Below, piece after piece: positions 1 to 12,779 of a stretch of DNA of 64,000 bases (position 1 is the first letter of the stretch; each line of letters opens with the position of its first letter). The DNA comes from Eledone cirrhosa (taxonomy: Eukaryota): positions 302,684,001 through 302,748,000 of the forward strand of contig OZ024743.1 in the NCBI GenBank assembly GCA_964016885.1. Reading direction: 5' to 3'. The position numbers and the translations under genes were made by a program. The notes beneath the pieces are model-generated. The model had not been told where the DNA came from, did not search any database, and saw nothing but the letters and a program-made list of their open reading frames with translations.

Positions 1-370
1 GTGCAGTGCCTTTGCTCACTATAAAAGCTTCACGGCACAGGCATTGCTTTATATTTGGAGATCTCTGCACTTGTCATCACATGGTACCATGGGCCCAGCA
101 CTATGTGTCAATAATTGTCACAAGTGTATTGTTTGTACCAGAGTTTTCAAGTCGCTGGCTGGACTAAAAAGTTACACTCGTTCAGCGCATCGGTAGAGGT
201 TATCCTACATGGATATAAAGTAGTGGCCGTACTCGAAAACGAGTTGGCAGCCACCATGTATGTATGTATGCATGTATGTATGTATGTATGTATGTATGTA
301 TGTATGTATGTATGTATGTATGTACGTATGTATGTGTGTATGCATGTATCTATGTATGTATGCATGCATG
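1..370 (+). mobile_element. 3' end of an RTE-like non-LTR retrotransposon with (TATG)n tail
   Basis: 110-196 translates NNCHKCIVCTRVFKSLAGLKSYTRSAHR*, a degenerate C2H2-like C-terminus typical of RTE ORFs. A short 3' UTR follows and ends in an (ATGT)n tail from ~256. Confidence 0.6.
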
Positions 371-514
371 TATCTACGTATGCGTGTGTGGATGTGTGTG
401 TGAAGTATAAGCCAGTAGAGAAGAGGAGGGTGTCCTCAATGCGTATTATTAACAATTGTAGATCAATAAATATATCTATTACACAATTTGTTCCTGTATC
501 TTCTAACAATATTT

Positions 515-617
<103 letters not shown>

Positions 618-939
618 TTATTTATATATTTATTTATTTATATATTGCTCTTTTTCGCTGTTATTTTACTGTTTTCTCTTTTCTTCCCTTTTGCTTTCCC
701 TACCTCCCTCCTCCGTTTTCCCAATAACATATCCAGTTATTGACGCCCTGGCGCGAGATATATTGTGTTTCAAGCGTAGAAATATCCGTGACCCCCAGTA
801 GACAACTGATGAGGAACACACCCCAACCTCCCCGTTCTTGCTTTCTTCGTATTCCCACTGCATTTTAAGTTACCTTAAATAGCAACTATAAACCATTACT
901 ATTCTCTCTCTCTCTCTATATATATTTATATCACTCTCG

Positions 940-971
<32 letters not shown>

Positions 972-1142
972 TTATATATATATATATATATTTCATACTC
1001 TATATATATGTCAGTGTATATGTGTATATTTATGTGTGTATGTATGTACGTATTTGGACGAGTGGCCGTACGTATGTATGCGTATGTTCGTGTGTACGTG
1101 CGTTTACATGTATATTCTTATGTGTGTATGTGTGCGTATATT

Positions 1143-1226
<84 letters not shown>

Positions 1227-1289
1227 CATGTGTGTATGTATATGTATGTGTATGTATATATGTATATATGTATATATCTGTATATATAA

Positions 1290-1790
1290 GGCTATCTTTG
1301 ACAGGGCGGCACCCTACTATAACACGGCGTTCGCTTACAGCGGCTTCTCACAACCTATCACCTACTCTCCCACTAGCAACAACACCATACAAAAAGTAAG
1401 CGCATCAATAGACAAACTATCTGGTTCTCTCCTCCCTTCTCACTCAACGTTAAATCTAAAGTAGGAACATTTCTCGACCTCTTAGATAGACACTTCCCCA
1501 TAGGTCATACATACCGCTCTATCTTTAACCGACACAAAGTTAAACTAGGATACTCCTGCACAAAGAACATGAAGGCCCACATCACCAGCAGCCCTAGGAG
1601 CAACACCCCACCAGGGTGCTCTTGCCGTAAGCCTGAAGCTTGCCCCACTTCAACCACAATGCAACACACCAGCTGTAATCTATGAAGCTGTCGTCATTTC
1701 CAACCGAGCAAACAAACCGCAGGAGGTCAAATTCTATGTGGGCATGGTGGAGGGCCGATTCAAGGAGCGTTTCCTGAACCACCAGTCCTT
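1290..1790 (+). pseudogene. PLE fragment (RT thumb, Cys linker, start of GIY-YIG), frameshifted
   Basis: Pieces translate WFSPP.., LDRHFPIGHTYRSIFNRHKVKLGYSCTKNMKAHI, CSCRKPEACP, VIYEAVV...FYVGMVEGRFKERFLNH. Confidence 0.85.
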
Positions 1791-3925
1791 TGGTTCGCTA
1801 AGGCTAACTCCGACATTACGGATGATGAAATTAGTATTATTATGGAAAAATATTGTTAAATTTGATGATAGCTACTGGCTTCGCAAATATAGACTTTCTG
1901 ATTTTTATATAACTATGGGTTCCAATGATTCGGCGGAGGTAACTAATCATGTGGGAATTTATATCACCCACAGACTACAAGGAAAATTCAAAGATCTCGA
2001 CGCTGGACTCAACCGTGACGATGCGCTCTATTAGTTAAGCATATGAATTACTAGAATTGAGAAACGATGCGTAAAAAATAGTACAAAGCTTTTTAAGGAA
2101 CTACGATTAAGTATTACGTTTGAATATAACCTCTAAAAGAGGTTAATTTCCTTGATGTTACTTTGAATCTCAATACAGAAACGATTAAACCGTTCCATAA
2201 ACTAAATGAGGACCTTAAATATGTAAATACGGGTTCTAACCATCCACCCTCTATAATTAAATGCATCCCTAGAAATATTTCCCTTAGAATCTCCCGCCTG
2301 TCATCCAACCAGCAAACCTTCAAAGAACATGTCGAATATTATGATGATGCACTTAGGAAGGCTGGACACCTAGATAATATAGAGTATATAGTCGAATCAC
2401 CAAAACACCCAAAATAAATCTCAGAGAGGTAGAAATAGCATAGAATCACCATCATACATACACTACCGCAATAGACACACTAATAGTCGCACACCACCAA
2501 ACAGAAGGCGATGTAAAGAGTGTACATGGTACAACCCGGGCTATAACAACTCTATTAAAACCAATGTACCCTCACAATTCTTTCGATTAGTTAAAAAACA
2601 TTTTCCAACATCACATAAATATAATAAAATCTTAAACCCTAACACTATTCGACTTTCATATTCAACCGCCCCTAATAGTGAACAACATATAAAAAAGCTT
2701 AACGAAAATGGTTATATAAACGCCTTCTAACACATAAAAATACACGTAAAACACCGGCTATAACATAAAAAAACAACAAACAACATCCCATCCTGCCTAA
2801 GCAACCTCATCAATCAACCCATCCATGGTAATACACCAACGCATACTTATAACTGTAACTGTGTCCAACCAGGAATGTGTCCGTTGAACAATCAGTGTCT
2901 TGAACGCAACATCATATACAAATGTACTATCGAATCGGGTAGCCAGAAGGGTACTATGTGGGGTCTACAGCTACCTCCTTCAAATCTCGCCTTTATAGAC
3001 ATCGTTACTCGATAAAACATGAAAATCAGCGTTATGTAACAACACTCGCAGACAAAGCTTGGCAGCTGCACGAAAATAACCAACAATTTAACCTAAAATG
3101 TGAAATAATAGCTTTGCTCCTGCATTATAACAAGGACAGGAATTTTGTAAATTGTGTAATATGGAAATATTTTGTATTATGAAATCCAAAAAATATTTTA
3201 TTAAATAACAGAATAGGGCGATCGTTATACTGTAACCATCGCTTGAAATCTACATGTTCATATTACAAAAGCTAACAGGATTGAACGCCTGTCTCCATCT
3301 CCGTTTGATTGTCAAAATACATATTATCATTCTCTATTGGTCTCAATTCTAACAATTCTTCTACTTTTATCATTTAATATAAATTGCTATAGATAAAATG
3401 AGATTTCTTAACTCAATTCCCTAATGTATATACCTGAAGGCTACTAGCATTGTTGTTATACAGTAGCAGTTAAAATCTCTCTCTTCCTTACTTCACACTT
3501 TATATCTGTATTAATACTACTACACCAAACGACCAGCCCTGTCCTTTGTTCAAATGGTCAATATAGATTAAATTAGGCACTCTCCAAAATTCTTATTTAG
3601 ATAAAATAAGACATATACTCATTGTATTCTCATTAAACACCTTCTATATACTTGTTTACCAGCAAATTGAATTGCCATCTGTCATATAGTATCCCTTCTC
3701 TTCTTCCTTTATTACAACTAATATAAATACTTTGTTTTTCCTGATTATTTCCAATGTATCACAAATCTGAAGAAGTGACAATTGATTATACATTTGATAT
3801 CGAATACTTGCTAACATTATATGATTACACAAGCAGTGATACCTAGGTATTCCGTCTGTTACAGAAACATATGCCAATACCTAATAAATTCCTTTATAAA
3901 AGCACTTTCATTTTATATTCAACTT

Positions 3926-3928
<3 letters not shown>
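1791..3928 (+). mobile_element. Degraded PLE (RT core to GIY-YIG, then 3' UTR ending in (TA)n)
   Basis: ITMGSNDSAEV...NRDD (RT), VNFLDVTLNL...YVNTGSNHPPSIIK, WYNP, CNC..CPLNNQCLERNIIY...YVGSTATSFKSRLYRH, with several stops and frameshifts. Degenerate HHR-like motif at ~3762-3880. Confidence 0.85.
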
Positions 3929-4002
<74 letters not shown>

Positions 4003-4072
4003 CATGAGAGCGTGTGTGCGTGTGCATGTATATGTATGTATATGTATGTATGTGTGTATGTATGTGTATGTG

Positions 4073-4177
<105 letters not shown>

Positions 4178-4782
4178 ATATAAATATGTGTATATCTATA
4201 TGTATATGTTTATGTATGTATGCGTATGTATGTACACGTATATATGTATGTGTGTATGTATATATTTGTATATATGTATGTGTGTATGTACCATCATGTA
4301 TGTTTGTCGTGTGTGTGCGTGTGTGTATGTGTGTGTACTTGTGTAAGTGGGCGCGTGTGTGAACGTGTTTGTCGACACATGGAATATATATTAAGAGAAA
4401 CTTCATAATAAGGGGTCTCATCCTAACACTTGAATCTGTTGATAGAACCCTTTCTGCGTTTGTCACCCTTACTTCAGCCTCAAAGAATTAGCTTCTAAAG
4501 AATGTCCCTTTTCTTTAAATCATTGAACACCACCCATCCTGTAGACACCTGTCTGACAGGCATTGTTAGTCTAAGTGATAAACAATGATTGGCATTAGAA
4601 TCTTGAACTTGTTTACAGTATTCGTTCTGCCTTTTTTAATATTGTAGCTTTTAAGAATTAGCTTTTCATGAACTCCTTTTTTTTTAAATCCTTCAACCAA
4701 TGACCTACACCCATCCCCATCCCCACCCTCTTCTACCACCAGATAAGGAAAGATATAAATACTACCATTTACTTAGACAGCC

Positions 4783-4833
4783 AGCTTCCTGATGATTTCT
4801 CACGAATGAAACAGATCTAGTCCTGTAGAAGCT
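4783..4833 (+). ncRNA. Type I hammerhead ribozyme
   Basis: AGCTTC-CTGATGA-T(TTC tcac GAA)T-GAAA-CAG atctagtc CTG-TA-GAAGCT. Perfect 6-bp stem I and full core; predicted GUA cleavage after 4827. Confidence 0.8.
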
Positions 4834-4852
4834 CTTCTATATATATATATAT

Positions 4853-4987
4853 AACGAAGTAGTTGTGGTAAGGGACCAGATGGACCATAACGCACCAGAG
4901 TACTCAATACTTAGGGTAGTGGAGTGGGTAATAGGAAAAATGATGACCCCTACGGCAGAGCAGAGGCCGTTTCGACGGCTATTTCTG

Positions 4988-4991
<4 letters not shown>
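4853..4991. repeat. ~140-bp dispersed repeat flanked by (TA)n (family recurs at 48188-48380, 49483-49620, 50519-50658)
   Basis: Shared GGACCATAACGCACCA.AGTACTCAATACTT..GGTAGT.GAGTGGGTA and GCCGTTTCGACGGCT hairpin. Confidence 0.75.
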
Positions 4992-5052
<61 letters not shown>

Positions 5053-5807
5053 GATGTATATAAATGTGTCTGGGTGTGTGTGTCTATCTATTCCTATGAC
5101 GAATAGGCAGATTTGTTACACATTATTATCGAATTGTTATGGAGTATTCCCTCTGGCTCTTTAATGCTTTTACTTTAAATCTCACCTAGAAATAGTTTAA
5201 ATTTCATCTTTGACGATGCGGGAGTGTTTAAATAGGCTACGCGGCAACCAGAAAAGTAGATTAAGTCGTTCCTTCATTTTATGGTCGTTGAGCTCTGTCA
5301 CTTAGTCATAAGATATGTAATGTTCTTTTTAAGGGACCGATAATTATTTCAGTTACATATAGGTGCAGAGAGGGAAGGTTAAGAATCCTTTTGCTGAATG
5401 TTGCAAGTGATTAGAATTATGTTTTTAATGTAGTTTTGTTGTTGAATATCTCATATGATGTTTGATAGGTGTTTATATAGACAAATTAATGTTTAATGTC
5501 ACTTGAATCATGAACTATCTTTGGAAATGTTGTAATGTATATTAATGTCTTTACTCATATTCATTGACTTTAACTGCTCCCATATTAGGGGAGTAGTAGT
5601 TCAAGTCGCAAGAGATTAAAATATCCAAAGTGGGTGTATATGTATTACAACTTCAGTCCCTCAATTAACGAAATGATTAGATTTCATCAGTCTAATTCTT
5701 TTGTTAGACTGAAATAGAGGCGCATAGCATTTCCTTTTAACGTTCTTTCATGTACACTCTGCAGGGTGTCTTCGAAAAAAATATTATCTTTCTCTCGCCC
5801 CCCCCCC

Positions 5808-5912
<105 letters not shown>

Positions 5913-6011
5913 TATTGAAATTTCAGTTAGAAACAGAAAAGGTCATAGAAATGAAGAGTGCTCTATGTCGGTATCAGAGCAAAATTTAATGTATAAAATC
6001 AATACAATATT

Positions 6012-6089
6012 ATTACCTCATTACCAGAGGTTTCCCGAATGAGGCGAATACGAAATAAACGACTTCATTCGTTCGTCAGACGAGGCAAT
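6012..6089 (-). ncRNA. Type I hammerhead ribozyme (inverted copy of 6834-6911)
   Basis: Reverse complement of 6834-6911. Confidence 0.75.
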
Positions 6090-6833
6090 ATAAAACATGG
6101 GCAAATACTTAGAAAAACACATCAAGAAAATCAAAAAAACTTTTTTTTTTGTTTCTTTTTTCTTCTCCCCCCCCCCCCCCCCTTCCCTCTTTTGTTACTT
6201 ACCCAGTTTCATACATGGGCATGCAAACAGGTTTATATGCGCGAGTATAAGTATGTGTGTGTGTGTGTGTGTGTATGTACGTATCGAACGTATGGAAGTG
6301 TAAGCGCGCGTGTGTATATAAGCATAATTATTTTTACATTTCTTTTGTGAGACACGCGTGTCTGTGTATGTATGTACCTCCGCTTTTTTTGTTTTCTTTA
6401 ATTTTTTCTTTCTATCTTGTCTTTCTAATTTATCGTTACTATATTTTTATAAATATATCGTAATAGATACTTTTCTTTTATTTATTATACTCTCTTCATC
6501 TCCTTACTTTCCGTATCTAAATGTACGAGTGTCCAGGCATTTTATGCGCGCGACTTTATTTTCTTATTTTTACGAAGTAACCATTTCCGTCTGCATAATA
6601 CAGACATATAGATACATTTGCCCTACATTTTTATAATTACGCACAATTTCTAACCATACATTTATACGTGCACATATACATATATGCACATCTATGAGCG
6701 TATATACATACACATACACACACCTAACTATTTTTCTTGATAGATTTTTATATATTTCAATTTCTATTTCATTTATCTATATATTTTTTTGATTTTCTTG
6801 ATGTGTTTTTCTAAGTATTTGCCCATGTTTTAT

Positions 6834-6911
6834 ATTGCCTCGTCTGACGAACGAATGAAGTCGTTTATTTCGTATTCGCCTCATTCGGGAAACCTCTGGT
6901 AATGAGGTAAT
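6834..6911 (+). ncRNA. Type I hammerhead ribozyme
   Basis: ATTGCCTCGT-CTGACGA-A CGAATGA...TCATTCG G-GAAA-CC tct GG-TA-ATGAGGTAAT. 10-bp stem I with two G.U pairs; GUA cleavage after 6901. Confidence 0.78.
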
Positions 6912-7096
6912 AATATTGTATTGATTTTATACATTATATATATATATATATATAAAGGAATGAAAACGCAAACACAAGGATGCAAAACACATTCTTATTA
7001 GTATCACGCTTAAGAGGTAAAAGAGAAAGGAATAGTGAATGAGAGAGAGGAGTGAGAGAGAGAAAGAGAGTGAGCGACATAGAGAGAGGGAGAGAT

Positions 7097-7165
<69 letters not shown>

Positions 7166-7899
7166 TGCGCTGGTGTATACCTTGAAGTTGTTTATGTAGA
7201 AAAAGAAAAGCTAATAATTTCTGAAGGTGTTTAAACTACTATTTTGTGGTATACCTTCAATTTAGGCGTATTTCAGTTTCTTTTATTGTTTTATGTATTG
7301 TTTTTGTATACACTTGTTTAGTTGTTTCATGTTGTCTGCTTAAATTTGTGTTGTATTAGTATTTTATATTTTGGTTTGACCCTTTTGTTAATCAGATTGA
7401 GTGTTTCAGTAGTTCTGTTAAAGCTCTATATTTCTTTCTGATTCATGTTTTTGGATCTGTCTACAACAATGTTGTTGTATGCATTTTGTGCTGTATCTTT
7501 CCTAGTTTACGTGGTGTTATTGAATTATAAGAAAGGTAATGCTGTGTGTTGATGGACATCGTTCTACCATGATCTTTTGTCATTTCTATAATCGTTTTAT
7601 CATAGTTCTAAAAGTGTGCTATGATCACTGTAGGCAGATGTTTGGAGGAGAGTTAGGGGGTTATTTCCATTGTAACTGTGTATTAGTTGTGTGGAGTAGA
7701 ACGTAAATTCTAAAGGGATGTTACTGAACTCAACCTCTAAAATATAAGCGTGTGTTAGGGTGATGTGTTTTGGTGGGATAGAGTCTAAAGCTGTTGATAT
7801 ATTTGTATGTTTTATGTTTTCTCTTCACCGGGATATGTTATGAATATTAGTATGTACAAAGATATTCATGAATATGTTACCTTACTCAAGTTAGACTGT

Positions 7900-9111
7900 G
7901 TAATTTAGTAGAATGTTTAGTAACCATGTTAGTAGTAAACACCTGTCTATTAACGGTTCGAACTGAATTCTATTTTCTACATTTTTAATTTCATTTTGAA
8001 AATACATATTTCTAATGTGTAATCCATCCTATTGGTTTTTAAGGGTTATTGCTTCCATAATTTACATATATAATTATTCGTCAAGGAACATTAGTGAGTC
8101 TACAGCGACATATTTCGCAGTGTATTCATTTTTCTTATGCATGTGAATATTTCGATTAGATATCTTGTGTTAAAATGCTGTGCATACTTACTCAATATTT
8201 AATCAGGAAACTGCCACTGGTTATACGTCTTATGCGTGTTATGTATAATGGATTTGAGTGCATATTTGAATGTCTGGACCTACAGTGGGAAATAGTATTC
8301 TTATGATGTCGTTGTAGTAAATGTTATAACCGTCTGGGGTGAGGTACTTGTGTCTGTATACCAAGGTGTGTTTGTCACATGTACTTACATTTACTGACGG
8401 TTGAAAATTGCAAATCAAAAATAATCTATTCCTCGGATATTCTTGTGTTATTTCATTTTGAATATGGTTCTATGTATCTGGTCTGTGTACAAGCAATGAT
8501 TATGCCAAGTGATTTGTGATGTGATATGTTTAGTTTGCTAGGATTTGATGTAGAAAGGTTAGAGGAATAGATATATCTGGCGTCATACAAGTATGTATTT
8601 ATGCCATCTATGTTCACTTACTATATATGATATGTTTGATGCACAAATTGTATGAAAGCTACACCATTGAAGCAGATGTATACATCTGAGTTAAACTAAA
8701 TTGCATGTCCTTTCTAAATGGATATTAACTGGGATAATTGGAGATTTAAATAGACATAGATAAATGCAATATATATTAAACCCAGATGATGATAACAGGA
8801 ATGGCCAGTTTCTAGTGCATTATATGCATACCACATCACCGGCAATAAATAAATAATGAAATTTCATGCAAAGCATAACATATATTAGGTAAGTGTGTGC
8901 ATAGTTTTAAGTGTATTAAGAAACTGACAAACGGCCATTTAGCAGGGGTAAATAAATAGGTGATAACTTATGTGCTTTTTCCCATACACTAAAAACTTAC
9001 TTAACCATAGTTAACCAATTGCGCTGCCGACGAATGCAGCTATAGGATTTTCGACTGACCGGCCATTAGAGCAAATGAATAGGCAATTGATTATGATTCC
9101 CGCCATTCTTA

Positions 9112-9115
<4 letters not shown>
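7900..9115 (-). pseudogene. Possible highly decayed PLE remnant
   Basis: Only scattered motif-like pieces on the minus strand (e.g. VSFLNT resembling V.FLD.TL); no continuous frame. Confidence 0.3.
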
Positions 9116-9158
<43 letters not shown>

Positions 9159-9165
<7 letters not shown>

Positions 9166-9649
9166 ATTGAGGTTGGTAATGGCACATGGAATATATAAGA
9201 GACAGAATACTTTTTTGTGAAAAAACATATAATTTTATAAGGTAAGGAAATAATAAAGGGTATAAAAAATGACCGGTTTAGATGGGTCTGCAAAAGCCAT
9301 CTTTTCAAATGTTGATTAATATTAAGAAAAATTAATAATAAGAAGAGTTAAAATTTGAGATTTGAAAATTCAAGTATAGAATTCATTGTGGGATTTCATA
9401 GTAGTTTTCATCTTGGTAGCAGCTCGTTGACTGCTTCTGGTAGTGAATGAGAAGTTATTTGGGGTGTGGGTTATTTTATAAAGGTCAAATTTAGCAATGG
9501 CCAGATGGCCAGCTGCTGGTCAGTGAGGGGGTGGAAGCAATATACATACATATATCTTCCTGTGCTCGGTAGGAGAGGGGAGATTGATAGAAAGGGATTT
9601 AGTGCACTTACACTTATATATACACACATACCTTCAGCCACACATACAT

Positions 9650-9722
<73 letters not shown>

Positions 9723-10977
9723 TCTTAAGAGCCTTTCCACTTGAAATAATCAACAATGGAATAGACAGGGCAAAACACCTAAATCCCCATCAACTTAACA
9801 ATCCAAAACAGAAAACCACACTCAACACCCTGCCATATGTATCCACTTTCAACCCCAGAAATACCGAAATGTTTGATCACCTACACAAAAACATTCCCTA
9901 TCCTACTTAAAGATGTAAAAATGAAGTCTATTCTTGAAACACACAAGATCCTTAAAAGTAAAAGACAACCCAAATCACTAAAACGCATTCTCACTGGACC
10001 AAATATACCCAAACCAATCCTCAACCCTACAGTTACCAAATGTGGTAGAACAAACTGTTCAACGTGCCTCTACCTCACTGAAGGACAACAATTTACATTT
10101 AAAGATGGCCAAACATTTACAGTAAAAAACAATTTCACCTGCAACTCGGAGAACTTGATTTACGCAATATCTTGCGGTGGGTGGAAACACAACTACATAG
10201 GACAGACGGGCACTTCATTACGCAAAAGAATGACCATCCACCGCCAACAAATCCGGGACGCTAGCACAAGGAAAATCCCCTTGAGCAGCCATATTGCGAA
10301 CTGCGCAGGAATGACACTACCCAACTTTAAAATCTTCCCCTTCTACAAGTGCTCAGATTCGTTCACACACCAACAAAGAATAAACAAAGGAAATCTATTC
10401 CTTAACAAATTTAAACCAAAACTAAACGGGTTATCACCCCAATAGAATTGTCATAAAATATAAACACACATACGCACGGAGTGACAGATATATGTGTTTG
10501 TATGTGTGCATGTATATAATTATCACTACTATTAAAGACCAGAGACCAATTCTGTAGAATCAGGTTTATTCGTTGACAGACCATGCCTTTGTGTGACCAA
10601 CACATCCATGTTAAACCCTGCACGTGCACACACATATATCTATATATATATGCGCACACAGAATTCACCACTGTCGGTTGCGGGGCCTAATCTACATGAA
10701 GAACTCAATGTGGTCAAAATGACTTGTATTTTAATTTCACTGCCCTAACTTCTTATATTATGGAAACAATATATGCGTATGTATGTATATATATATATTT
10801 GGAGGCCATTTCTCTGTGTGTGGGTGTATGTATGTGTGTGTGTGTGTGTGCATGTGGATGCGGTCATTTTTTATACCCTTTATTATTTCCTTACCTTATA
10901 AAATTATATGTTTTTTCACAAAAAAGTATTCTGTCTCTTATATATTCCATGTGCCATTACCAACCTCAATTTTCTCT
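9159..10977 (+). mobile_element. 5'-truncated PLE (GIY-YIG part) flanked by ~117-bp inverted repeats
   Basis: 9159-9275 is the reverse complement of 10861-10977. Degenerate HHR (..GATGG/CCATC-TAAA-CCGG-TC) on the minus strand at 9267-9314. Confidence 0.75.
9730..10445 (+). pseudogene. PLE C-terminal fragment: RT thumb, CxxxxCxxC linker, GIY-YIG endonuclease (Neptune-like)
   Basis: LPYVSTFNPRN / KSKRQPKSLKRIL...KCGRTNCSTCLYL...FTCNSENLIYAISC..NYIGQTGTSLRKRMTIHRQQI...LSSHIANC; frameshift near 9890. Confidence 0.9.
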
Positions 10978-11084
10978 ATAACCTTCGTTTTGTGTAGTAA
11001 ATTACACTTTTCATATATAAATATATATATATACATACATACACATACCCACATATACACAATATACACATGCACACACAGTCA

Positions 11085-11138
<54 letters not shown>

Positions 11139-11539
11139 GCGGGATTTTGCGATTATTCGTCTACACCATTTCCATCACAGTGCATCATTCTACACAGAAT
11201 AAAGTAAAGAACATAGTCTCAATGTGTGACTTAGTGAAACTGATTCCGAAACAACATACTTATAAATCGAACATTTTAATCACACCATATTTTCTTTTAG
11301 CGTATTCATACTATATATTCATTCTCCAGGCTTCGAAATGATTTATTATTTAGTTTTAACTATCAGAAGTACTACACCAATGTTTATAACATGGAGAGCA
11401 TTTAGAGATTTTACCGTTCACAAGACATATCAAGATAACATATTCGTTGTTTATAAAAGGATAGTTAAAGAGGAAGTGTACCAGTGATTCTTTAAGAAGC
11501 ATCCGTATCATGTATAATGTGCTTGGTAGACGGGTTACG

Positions 11540-11696
11540 TTATCTTTCTTTGTGATATGTTTACATATTTTATCATGTTTGTCCTGACATTCCATATATT
11601 TCCGCTGGTGATTAGCATACGGTCTGGAGTTTTCTTCACAGTTTTCTTCGGATTTGTCAAAACACATTACTTTTCTTCCTACATCAAGATTCTTGT
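11540..11696 (-). CDS. Candidate host exon (Cys-spaced, charged peptide) within ORF 11356-11787
   Basis: Pyrimidine tract plus CAG acceptor (ttattttgtttggtctctacag) at 11697, then a purine-rich open frame DKNLDVGRKVMCFDKSEENCEENSRPYANHQRKYMECQDKHDKICKH. The donor site is uncertain. Confidence 0.3.
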
Positions 11697-12779
11697 CTGT
11701 AGAGACCAAACAAAATAATGTGAGAATACAGACTAATATTATGTCAACGTCGATTTCACTAACTTTAAACATCAAAGTATCAATCATAAAACATATGTAG
11801 AATAATATTTTTGGCGGGAACCTTTCTTTTATATACTCATATAAAACATTAGGTCAGTCATGCTTGAGTTAATTTCCGATCAGATATATTTTTAGCGGCA
11901 ATTAACTGGCTTTAAATACTAGAATGTATCTATGCTTTAATATTAACATTTAACCGTTCTCTAACTATACTTTTAGAATGAAATATTCACCATTTCCCGA
12001 TTCAAGTGAATACGTACAGTCTTCATTTTTTAGCACGCAGACGATTTCGTTTTTGTAGTAGTTAAGTTGGAGAAAGCAATGTTTATGAAATATAGCAAAT
12101 GAATATGCGACAACATTTAAGGGAGTCACTCACCACGCGAAATGACTTACTGCATTGTATTTACGTGAACGTTGCCTTGAATATTTCTCTAATATAATAT
12201 CCATATATATTTAAAATATATATTCATGTTAGAATTTAACTTAATTCTTTTTTATATTATGAGTAATATTTTCACTCAATAGTTGGTTATATAGCGGTTA
12301 ACTAAATAACTTACGCTTCATATCAAGCCGTGCACATCTCCTGCAATTACTAGGGATGTAACTATCAAATGCCTCTCTCTTGTTATTTGATACTAATGAA
12401 CAATCTCATGAACAAACGATGAAGTAATCTACAGGATATATTTTGTAATGTTCAATTCAAATACATCTATTAGTGACCTTTGTAATGAGATGTAATTGAG
12501 TTTGATGAACTGTATTGTTTCTACTTTTTAAAGTAGAAATAGTACATGAAAGTAACCAACAATCAAGAGGTCATTGGAATATTTATTCGAATAATTCATA
12601 TTAATCTTTTATGTTAAAATTGGATATAGCATATGAGGTTATTAAAAGTCCAGCGTTCATTTGTAATGATGAATTGTGTTGGGCATATTAATCACTAGAG
12701 CCAAAAATAATTTATACAACCACTTGTATGACTCATATCCCCATCGTGAAATGGATGTACATAGAAACAAATAAACGCC

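Larger units (their letters stand above)
5987..6936. mobile_element. Non-coding fold-back element with ~150-bp terminal inverted repeats, one HHR in each arm (PLE pLTR derivative)
   Basis: 5987-~6140 is the reverse complement of ~6785-6936. The interior is low-complexity and non-coding; the right end abuts (TA)n. Confidence 0.85.

Noticed and set aside
806-840. CTGATGA motif suggesting a hammerhead
   Set aside because: No correctly placed downstream GAAA or stem III.
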